Shown one piece after another: positions 36,176-44,240 of a stretch of 64,000 bases of DNA (positions are counted from its first letter, which is position 1; each line of letters opens with the position of its first letter). The translations under genes and the position numbers were made by a program. Source of the DNA: a virus (Duplodnaviria > Caudoviricetes). Under the pieces are notes generated by a model. The model saw nothing but the letters and a program-made list of their open reading frames with translations. It did no database searches and was not told the origin of the DNA. Where the stretch lies: the IMG/VR virus record IMGVR_UViG_3300021426_000005. One strand, 5' to 3'.

Positions 36176-36204
36176 ATTATACAATACCGTACATAGTGTG
36201 TCAA
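36176..36204 (-). promoter_or_regulatory. SigA-type promoter
   Basis: TTGACA-17 nt-TATAAT, perfect consensus. Confidence 0.85.
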
Positions 36205-36258
36205 TTGGTATAACGACCAAAAAGAAACTGCCGATATTGTTCATATCGGCAGCAAATG

Positions 36259-36633
36259 TCAATCTTCGGTATATCTTGAAGGATCATACTCAAACTTCAC
36301 CAGATCTGTGATGAATTTTCCTATTTCCTCCCACTTACCCAAGAAGTAATGTATACTATCATAGTAATCCATATCCTCTTGTTTAAGCTCTGGGAATTTC
36401 AGATTTGGTGTGAAGTAGTAGATGCCATCATCGGGATCCTGATTGGTAGTGACCGTAATTTCTGGTAGATACTTTGCATCACTACCCTTAGCTTTTAGGG
36501 TTATCTGCAAATCATCAGATACTTCCATATCATAGTCGTTTCTGTCAGCAGACTTCCACAGTTCAAGAAATGGTCCGTCAATCAGAGCATCAGAACTCTG
36601 AGCTGCGGTTATAGGTCTTTTTGTAATTTTCAT
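36259..36633 (-). CDS. tagged acidic protein
   Basis: MKITKRPITAA. Confidence 0.72.
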   Translation of the reverse strand: MKITKRPITAAQSSDALIDGPFLELWKSADRNDYDMEVSDDLQITLKAKGSDAKYLPEITVTTNQDPDDGIYYFTPNLKFPELKQEDMDYYDSIHYFLGKWEEIGKFITDLVKFEYDPSRYTED

Positions 36634-36644
36634 TGTGTATCACC

Positions 36645-36974
36645 TCAATCAATTATAATCGGAATTCTGTTTACTACTGTGATATAGTTATCACTATATC
36701 CAGAAGCGTGTGTATAATATCTGTTATCGATCCAGTTGTTGCCGATAGCGTCATCCCAGCCATACTTTGCATATCTCAAAGCCCGCTGGAACATCTTATA
36801 AGACGGATCGTTTATCAGCTTATCTCTCCAACGCTCTGCGGTTTTTCTGTCCTTATATACGATCAGATTATATCGTGCAGAGTAATTGTCCTGGGTCATT
36901 ACACCGAACTCAGGCTGATCTTCTTCGTAAGCAAAAGCTACATCATAGTCATTTGCTTTTATGTATCTTTTCAT
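36645..36974 (-). CDS. MKRYIKA-tagged protein
   Basis: ORF with tag, GAGG RBS. Confidence 0.75.
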   Translation of the reverse strand: MKRYIKANDYDVAFAYEEDQPEFGVMTQDNYSARYNLIVYKDRKTAERWRDKLINDPSYKMFQRALRYAKYGWDDAIGNNWIDNRYYTHASGYSDNYITVVNRIPIIID

Positions 36975-37414
36975 AATAGCACCTCACTTAAACTTAGTGT
37001 CTGTCCCAGAAATTCCAGCCAGATCCATCCGATCCAGAATTTCTTCCTCTGTTAGCTTTAGCTTCAAAAGTGGATTGTGTATCTAACCACAATGGTTCAT
37101 CACAATATACACCCCTTGATGCTAGTTTCGTAGCAACATCATATGTACTGCCAGTTTTCAATTTATACCAAGGTGAATCTAACATAGCCCAATCAGTATC
37201 TGTTATTTTGCTAAAATAACAATTTCCGGCATCCCAATCCATACCTATGACTGCACCTATCGGAAACCTATTCAAAACAGCTTCGTATTCCTGGATGTCA
37301 GCATAAGTAGTCTTTGAATATCCAGGAAATACAGGTAAATTGTTTAATTCCGTCAGTATACTTTCTTCTTTAGAACACCGAATATATCTTTTCATAACAG
37401 CACCTCACTTAAAC
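36961..37414. repeat. 33-bp direct repeat (36961-36993 and 37382-37414) bracketing one gene
   Basis: atRtatcttttcataaYagcacctcacttaaac, 2 mismatches. Confidence 0.85.
36994..37395 (-). CDS. MKRYIRC-tagged protein
   Basis: ORF with tag. Confidence 0.75.
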   Translation of the reverse strand: MKRYIRCSKEESILTELNNLPVFPGYSKTTYADIQEYEAVLNRFPIGAVIGMDWDAGNCYFSKITDTDWAMLDSPWYKLKTGSTYDVATKLASRGVYCDEPLWLDTQSTFEAKANRGRNSGSDGSGWNFWDRH

Positions 37415-37890
37415 ATATTGTTATCCCAATCCCCGGTATAGTCAAGCATAGCCTTTCTACTGGGAATGGTTTGAATCTCATGATACTTTATTCCCCATTT
37501 GTTGATCTTCAATACGTTCAGGGAATGTTTCTTCTTCTCTTTAATAAGATAATCGATATCCCTTATGTCAAGAATGAAAGCTCTTTGATAAGAAGCGAAC
37601 AGAACTATGATCACCCCATAAGTACCTTCTATCTTCGACTTTTTCAGAAGATTGTCATACTGATAGTCGGTTATCATTGAGAAGTCAAATCTATCGGCAT
37701 AAGTGGCTTTGCTTTCGATGTAGAACATATTAGGTTTCTTATACAGCGTGAAGTCACAGATGTTCTTACTGCCTACAAATCCTGTCATTTGGTCCTTTAT
37801 TCTATCAAAAGAATACCCTTCTTCTGGTCGGTCTAACCAGGCTTCTATCTTAGCTTCTGCCTTTTTACCTAACAGATCATCTCTTACCAT
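37405..37890 (-). CDS. Holliday junction resolvase, RecU-like
   Basis: PD-(D/E)xK pattern: ICDF...FYIESKAT, Q...L. Confidence 0.75.
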   Translation of the reverse strand: MVRDDLLGKKAEAKIEAWLDRPEEGYSFDRIKDQMTGFVGSKNICDFTLYKKPNMFYIESKATYADRFDFSMITDYQYDNLLKKSKIEGTYGVIIVLFASYQRAFILDIRDIDYLIKEKKKHSLNVLKINKWGIKYHEIQTIPSRKAMLDYTGDWDNNMFK

Positions 37891-37969
37891 AGTTCCTATC
37901 TCCTATATATACATTAACGACCGGACAAATAAAGAAATGGTGAGTTCCCATTGTTTAGGAACTCACCAT

Positions 37970-37980
37970 TATATAAGGTT
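37970..37980 (-). promoter_or_regulatory. putative late promoter AACCTTATATA
   Basis: Exact motif followed by a 13-bp hairpin. Confidence 0.65.
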
Positions 37981-38042
37981 ATTTATTACATATTGTGATG
38001 AATAGGTTTGTGGTCAACTGTCTTTGAGTCAGAGAATGATTC

Positions 38043-38558
38043 CTAAAATCGCCCCGCGCTCCAATAGCCATCTATGGCTCTTTTAGCCGCCTTTAGTGTG
38101 GAATCGGTTTCCCACATAACTTCATCAGTTTTGGGATCTATTGTATACCACCGCTTATTTTCATAGTTATAGTGTATGTTGAATCCTCGATATTCATACA
38201 AATCTTCACCTATACGCTTGGCTGTAGGTCTTTCACCACAATAATACTTAATTGCTGCTCTGTCGGGATTCGATAACATATCAGATTCCAATAGGTATGA
38301 TAAGTTATCCTTCTCTGTAAAATTGAGCCTAATAATGCCTGTAAATGGGGTAGTTGATAAAGCCTTTACAGCCTTTTTATGTATAGCTAAAAACGGACCC
38401 TCTTCATAGCCCTCTAATATAACTCGCAACGTGTCAAGACGATTCCACCTTTTTATGAACTCATCTTTGGATAAGTTGGAATATATTACATCACCGTTCT
38501 TAAATGTATATTGGTATCTTGCGTTGGGCTTAGAATCGCTTTTTATGTAGCGCATCAT
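38043..38558 (-). CDS. MRYIKS-tagged protein
   Basis: ORF with tag; start MMRYIKS. Confidence 0.7.
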   Translation of the reverse strand: MMRYIKSDSKPNARYQYTFKNGDVIYSNLSKDEFIKRWNRLDTLRVILEGYEEGPFLAIHKKAVKALSTTPFTGIIRLNFTEKDNLSYLLESDMLSNPDRAAIKYYCGERPTAKRIGEDLYEYRGFNIHYNYENKRWYTIDPKTDEVMWETDSTLKAAKRAIDGYWSAGRF

Positions 38559-38663
38559 ATGATCGCTTCCTTTCATAATGATTATACCATAACAGCAGTA
38601 TATTGTCAGTAGTAAATATCAACAATATACTGCTGTTCATTTTAGTTATTAAGTTATCAGTTA

Positions 38664-39635
38664 TTATTCATATGCCTCTGCTTTGTCATTGTACTCAGCG
38701 ATAAGATCATTGACGTTACGGCTGTTTATCTGGCTATCGATTGCGGAAGCATCATCAAGCACCTGATTGAAGTAGCTTTCGCCGTACTTATCATATACAG
38801 CCTTAAACTCGGGAGAAAGCTGATTTACCATGTTGCGACCAACATTGTAAAGTGTATCAGCAATATCTACAAGAGCTTTATGCTCTGAATTGATGTATCC
38901 GTCCTCTACATCAGCCCAATCCCTTAGTATCAGGAGCATACTTACAAGATCATAGGGGATTTTTCCAGAATATGCAGCCTTTATAGCTTTACAACCTGAT
39001 CTTTTTCTACTACTTACTACAGCACCTTTACGTCTTGAAGATTTTACTGATTTCTTACCACATGATCCGGTAACAGACTCTTCTGATACAAGGTTATCCA
39101 GATATTCTAAAGTCTGGTATGCAAAATCAGCAGGGGTAAAGCAAGAACTCAGGTCATCGGTTTCTTGCCATTCATCATTGAAATAATCATCAGGGTATTC
39201 ACGAATAATATCTTCTGCTGTGATAGTATCGGTAGTATCACCATTCATATACCAATTGTAAGCATCTTCATAGCAATACTCCCGGAACTCATCCCAGGTC
39301 ATTATCTTATAGCAGTTATCCATCTGGATATTAGATGCCTTTACTGGTCTTGTGGAAGCCTTAACAAAGGGATCTTTGATAGATTCCGTTCTGCCGTAGT
39401 CATCGGGATTTTCGCCGTTCTTAGTGATGAGTACATCAATGTAGTTGTTGCCGTTAGAATTGAGAAATCCTAGCAGTTCATCTTCGGTCATAGATTTGAT
39501 TCCTGGACCAGCACTGCCCCAGGTTTTCCATGTATTATCTTCGTCCAGAACCCATAGGATATCGTCAGGTGCATATCCAGCTCTAATAGATCTGTGGTTA
39601 GCATTTTTATTGATTTTCTTACAATATATCTTCAT
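38664..39635 (-). CDS. tagged three-domain polyprotein
   Basis: Basic linkers VKASTRPVKAS and KKSVKSSRRKG...KAIKAA. Confidence 0.75.
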   Translation of the reverse strand: MKIYCKKINKNANHRSIRAGYAPDDILWVLDEDNTWKTWGSAGPGIKSMTEDELLGFLNSNGNNYIDVLITKNGENPDDYGRTESIKDPFVKASTRPVKASNIQMDNCYKIMTWDEFREYCYEDAYNWYMNGDTTDTITAEDIIREYPDDYFNDEWQETDDLSSCFTPADFAYQTLEYLDNLVSEESVTGSCGKKSVKSSRRKGAVVSSRKRSGCKAIKAAYSGKIPYDLVSMLLILRDWADVEDGYINSEHKALVDIADTLYNVGRNMVNQLSPEFKAVYDKYGESYFNQVLDDASAIDSQINSRNVNDLIAEYNDKAEAYE

Positions 39636-39652
39636 ATGCTATACCTCCAGTA

Positions 39653-40111
39653 TTAGTATACAGATAGTCCGAATGCTTCGGCTTCGTCTTCTGTCATCAT
39701 ATGTGTAATAGCACCAACATTAAGCCTTACCCAAAGATGTGCCGTGAATAATTCAAGTTCACCACGCTTCCAGGCTTCAAGCTCCTCCTGAGTTGGAATA
39801 TCATTGTCCGCATTTACTGTAGCATCTGTCTGCAATGAACCATCCAGAAATACATAGTCTTTGATGTCATCTGAAAAGATGAAGCTACTTTCAGCTATAT
39901 CATCGATTAGGTCCTGTGCAGTCCTAAATGAATCTGCAATTGTGAAAGTCCAAGAATTGACTTGTTCGCCTTCACCCTGTTCATAGCTATCAACCATAAC
40001 GTCAACATAGCAATCAGAAGGTACATATATTCTGAGGTTGCTTATGTCAGCAGCACCCATGATGGAGCTTGCTTTTACAGACTTCTTAGACTTATTGCAT
40101 TTAATCTTCAT
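39653..40111 (-). CDS. tagged acidic protein
   Basis: Start moved to MKIKCNKSKKSVKASSIMGAA. Confidence 0.7.
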   Translation of the reverse strand: MKIKCNKSKKSVKASSIMGAADISNLRIYVPSDCYVDVMVDSYEQGEGEQVNSWTFTIADSFRTAQDLIDDIAESSFIFSDDIKDYVFLDGSLQTDATVNADNDIPTQEELEAWKRGELELFTAHLWVRLNVGAITHMMTEDEAEAFGLSVY

Positions 40112-40388
40112 AATCTTCATCCCCCTCATTACGACCATACCACTCCCTGAAATCATACATACGGAACATATATGCCAGTGATTCTGCAAGTTCATCTGTG
40201 GAAAGTCCCTGAATGATCTCTGCATCTACAGTTTCCTTGCCAAGATAATCACAGGCGAATTCATATGCTTCCCATGCCTCTGACTCCTCTACGACCCAGC
40301 CGTAGCTTTCTGCTGACTTGATAGGTCTTCTACATCTGGGATTCTGTGAAGCGCTTACAGCTCTGCGTTTGTTTCTTATTATCTTCAT
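40101..40388 (-). CDS. tagged acidic protein
   Basis: MKIIRNKRRAVSAS...RRPIKSA. Confidence 0.72.
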   Translation of the reverse strand: MKIIRNKRRAVSASQNPRCRRPIKSAESYGWVVEESEAWEAYEFACDYLGKETVDAEIIQGLSTDELAESLAYMFRMYDFREWYGRNEGDEDYED

Positions 40389-40416
40389 AATATCAACACT
40401 CCTTATCTTATAATGC

Positions 40417-40929
40417 TTATCTTATAATGCTTGCAGCTTCAAGGAGATCCTGAAGATTATTGTATTCAGTCTTTTCTCCATAAGCATCTATAACATATCC
40501 TGAACCTAAGTCCACATTGATGTATGCTGTATCACCCATGCCGTTATCGTAATCAAATTCATCAAGTCTACCGTTATGGGGTGTTGCACCGATAAGGGGC
40601 AGTCCAGCACAAAGCAGTTCTCCGATGTCATATTCGTCCCAAGTATAAAGATCATCACAAAGACGGTTTGCATCTTCTGCCGTGTTGACTTCATAATTGA
40701 AAGGAAGCTCATACATATTACCTGCTGGATTCCACCAGACGTAGGCTTCGTGTGTATCATCATTGTATGTACAGCCGAAACCAAGCCACATATACTTATC
40801 CCACCAAGGTGTAGGTTCATTAGCATACTCAAAACCATTAGCCTCAAGTATTTTTATCACATTTGCATTGCTTCTGTCAGCCTCTCCCTTAATAGGGCGC
40901 TTATTAGATTTATTCATGTAAATCTTCAT
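40417..40929 (-). CDS. tagged acidic protein
   Basis: MKIYMNKSNKRPIKG. Confidence 0.72.
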   Translation of the reverse strand: MKIYMNKSNKRPIKGEADRSNANVIKILEANGFEYANEPTPWWDKYMWLGFGCTYNDDTHEAYVWWNPAGNMYELPFNYEVNTAEDANRLCDDLYTWDEYDIGELLCAGLPLIGATPHNGRLDEFDYDNGMGDTAYINVDLGSGYVIDAYGEKTEYNNLQDLLEAASIIR

Positions 40930-40941
40930 ATTGACACTCCT

Positions 40942-41229
40942 TTACAACATAAACGGTATTTCCAGAAGCCTTACTCTGAATACATCTGAAATGTCAGGTT
41001 TACCAAATTCTAAACCTTCGGTTTTGTCTATCAAGGCTTCTATCTCAGATATATCTTCGTAGTAAACTTCACCAAGGAAGCACTGACCATCCAGATCTAT
41101 CTGAGCTTCTTTTACACATTCCAGAGAGTTTAGCTGCTGGACGAAATCCAGCAGCAACTCTATTTCATCTTGTGGATAATCTGTGATCAGATCCGGATCC
41201 ACAAATAACTTGAACTTATTGTATTCCAT
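40942..41229 (-). CDS. acidic hypothetical protein
   Basis: ORF in cluster. Confidence 0.6.
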   Translation of the reverse strand: MEYNKFKLFVDPDLITDYPQDEIELLLDFVQQLNSLECVKEAQIDLDGQCFLGEVYYEDISEIEALIDKTEGLEFGKPDISDVFRVRLLEIPFML

Positions 41230-41234
41230 AAGCC

Positions 41235-43811
41235 TTAGATGTTTGTTATCGCATTGTAGATAGCCTCTGCGGCAGGCTTTGCAATACCCTTAACATACTC
41301 TTCGATAGCTTCCATATCGTAGTTGTTAGGATCAAGATTGCTTGAATTCCAGATAAGTTCAACCTTATCGATCTCATTACCCTTTACATAGATATAGAAT
41401 TCAAGTTCTCCGACTTCCTTACCACCACGGAAATCATAGTGGTAGGCATCAGGCAGAGCATATGATACAACGTCTATATCATCAGTATCGAATGTAGCAC
41501 TGATTGTATAAGTAACGCCTACATATGTGCTAGAAGCATAATACTCAAAGGTATCTTCCATGATAGTAGCGTATTCATCAACCTTAGCAAGCTCAGTTGT
41601 AGGAAGAACTTCACGCTCTGCGATTCTGTAGAGTTCATCTACCGTAGACTCAGATATTGCTTCTCCATTGGAATCGAAGCCATAACCGTAGTCTTCGTCT
41701 TCGCCATTGATAGGCTCAAGGTCTTCATAGGTAGCCGCTTCAACAGTCTTACCAGCTACACTCTTTACAGCGGCAGCCAGCTCCTCCGCATCATCATCTT
41801 CATCACCAAGAATAGGTGTGATCTCATCGGTAGGCTGAATATACACTACATCATCTTCGGTACCGTCATAGAATGACAGTGCTTCATCTGTAACTGCACA
41901 GCCGATACCTTCGTATCCGTCATCGTGAAGAATACCAAGGGTCATATCTGCAAGCATCTGATTGTACTCTGCTGCTGAGATATTTTCTGATGCACACTTT
42001 ACCGACTTAGCATCACTTCTTCTCACGGTAGAAGCTGTGATACCATTAGCAAGGAAACTACCTAATCCATTCTGGAAATCCGTATATGCCTTTATGCGGC
42101 TATCTTCATAGGCATCACGAATTTCAGATAGTCTTTCAAGCCATTCAGGTGTCAAATATTGATCATCAAAGTCAACCTGCGGTGCATAGATTTGTCTGTT
42201 ACCAGGGTAAAGCTGAATATAGAACTCATTTCCGTTTACAGCATTCTGATTGTATATGTAGTTTACCGGATCTTCATCAAGCGGATTAGCGAGATCTGCT
42301 TCAAGCATTTCCTCATACAAGTCATGATCCATAGCATCAAGGAAAAACCAAAAATCAGTTTCAACAGCTTCGGGACTCAAACCAGCATCTACTGACCAAT
42401 CATCCGGACCGTTGTACTTCACACTGTCAGTATTCAGCCAAGCACCACTACTGGGATCCTGAAGGAAAGCATCTACATATTCCAGCATATCGCTGTCTTC
42501 AAAGCCGTCGTACTCATAAGAATCATTCAGCATATCATTGACATCTTCTTCAGAAGACTCCCATGTATCTGCCTTTATAGCCTTACGTCTGATTTTCGAT
42601 GTACACTTCACTGACTTAGTACCAGTCACCTCTTCTGTAGCAGGGAAGATCTCAAAATCGAGAATACCGTCTCCATCTTCGTAGTTATTTTCATCATCTA
42701 CGAAATCATAGTATATAAGCTCACAGAATGTATAAGCTGTCTCAGAAGCATCACCATATTCATCATCGAACAGAGGGTCGCCGAACTGATTACACCACTC
42801 CTGGAATTTCAGTCGGGTCTCATCGTCCTGACAGAGTGGAAGTATAGCATCATACATATCAGCTCCTGGCTGACCTTCATATATCTTCTCGCCGTTGAAG
42901 TACATTACAATGTCTCCACCCTCATACCAAGCGGCAGTTACTTTAGTGCCGTTTCTTCTCTTGGTAGAAGCACCAATACCCATTGACTTCCAGACTTTAT
43001 CCCTGAAATCTGCGATTTCGTTTGTTACAACGAACTCACCATCAAAATTCTCAGCATAAACGTCAGGATCAATGTCTATCATATCACCGGTCTTGAAGTA
43101 AATGATATTAACATACAAGCCCTGCATGAGAAGTTCATGTGCATAACTTTCTACTTCTGACCATTCATCAGGTCCGAAATATCTATCTGCGTATGCACCG
43201 CTGCGATTTGAACCAAGGTATCCGGTTACTGCGAAACCGTTTTCATTCCACGAAGCCTTTACAGCCCTACGTCTTTTAGCTGACTTAGAAGCCTTAATAT
43301 TGAACTTTCTTTTATAAACAGACCCACCTATAGGGGATGCGTATTTACGTCCCTTAAAAGTGAATGTAGCCGTACCATCGAGAGCTGCTTGCTTTGCTTC
43401 TTCAGGAGTATCATAAATCTCTTTAGATATATCCCATGCAAATTCACCATTTTCAGCTTCATTCATAGATCTACGAATTCTATACCCATATGGACGTTTA
43501 ACTACCCGAAGCTGCGCCCCATCATCATCTTTGAGAACGATTTCAGCATCATTTTCACGAACAAGCTCCGCACCGGCTTTTACAGATTTCTTACCACAAG
43601 CAGATTCAACTACTTCGTAGCCCTTCTTCTTAGCCCAGGCTATCGCACCCTTTTTACTTTTCCAATTGTTAGGGGCAGAAGTAAGAACCTGATTATCCTC
43701 TGCATTTTTCAAACCGTAATACTCTCCGGATTGACCCTTATTGATAACATAAGGAGTGACCTTGAGGGTAGAACTGTTGGAAGAAGCAGTTACTTTGAAT
43801 TTTCTCATCAT
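41235..43811 (-). CDS. highly acidic multi-domain polyprotein with repeated basic linkers
   Basis: About 7 segments separated by K/R-rich [IV]-x-[AS]-[AS] linkers. Confidence 0.8.
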   Translation of the reverse strand: MMRKFKVTASSNSSTLKVTPYVINKGQSGEYYGLKNAEDNQVLTSAPNNWKSKKGAIAWAKKKGYEVVESACGKKSVKAGAELVRENDAEIVLKDDDGAQLRVVKRPYGYRIRRSMNEAENGEFAWDISKEIYDTPEEAKQAALDGTATFTFKGRKYASPIGGSVYKRKFNIKASKSAKRRRAVKASWNENGFAVTGYLGSNRSGAYADRYFGPDEWSEVESYAHELLMQGLYVNIIYFKTGDMIDIDPDVYAENFDGEFVVTNEIADFRDKVWKSMGIGASTKRRNGTKVTAAWYEGGDIVMYFNGEKIYEGQPGADMYDAILPLCQDDETRLKFQEWCNQFGDPLFDDEYGDASETAYTFCELIYYDFVDDENNYEDGDGILDFEIFPATEEVTGTKSVKCTSKIRRKAIKADTWESSEEDVNDMLNDSYEYDGFEDSDMLEYVDAFLQDPSSGAWLNTDSVKYNGPDDWSVDAGLSPEAVETDFWFFLDAMDHDLYEEMLEADLANPLDEDPVNYIYNQNAVNGNEFYIQLYPGNRQIYAPQVDFDDQYLTPEWLERLSEIRDAYEDSRIKAYTDFQNGLGSFLANGITASTVRRSDAKSVKCASENISAAEYNQMLADMTLGILHDDGYEGIGCAVTDEALSFYDGTEDDVVYIQPTDEITPILGDEDDDAEELAAAVKSVAGKTVEAATYEDLEPINGEDEDYGYGFDSNGEAISESTVDELYRIAEREVLPTTELAKVDEYATIMEDTFEYYASSTYVGVTYTISATFDTDDIDVVSYALPDAYHYDFRGGKEVGELEFYIYVKGNEIDKVELIWNSSNLDPNNYDMEAIEEYVKGIAKPAAEAIYNAITNI

Positions 43812-43819
43812 TAAACACC

Positions 43820-44035
43820 TCACTCAATTATTGCATTTGAAATGCTATTGTTAATGTTTACAAGATTCTGACTAAGCTCCAAAGCTATTGATAATGCCTC
43901 TTTGCCTTTATCAGTGCTGGTCCGTCCGAGCTTTTCAAGTCCTTCGATAATGTAATCGAAATCTGCTTCCAGATCCTTTATAGCATTGTCTAAGGCTTCA
44001 TTGCCCTCAGTAGCAGCTAATATCATTCGTTTCAT
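43820..44035 (-). CDS. tagged small helical protein
   Basis: Start moved to MKRMILAA. Confidence 0.65.
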   Translation of the reverse strand: MKRMILAATEGNEALDNAIKDLEADFDYIIEGLEKLGRTSTDKGKEALSIALELSQNLVNINNSISNAIIE

Positions 44036-44070
44036 TTTATCACCACCGAACAATATATAATCATTACTTT

Positions 44071-44081
44071 TATATAAGGTT
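44071..44081 (-). promoter_or_regulatory. putative late promoter AACCTTATATA
   Basis: Exact motif heading the 38-44 kb tagged cluster. Confidence 0.7.
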
Positions 44082-44240
44082 ATCACACTTATTCTTATAT
44101 ATACTATAACGACACAGACCACATTTAATTAAAACAAAAATAGCGACCTGCTAAAATGCAAGTCGCTGTTGTATATATTGACGAATAAGGTTGTATTGCC
44201 CTATAGGGGATTTTCTTACTGAAAAGGTAAAATGCACAAA

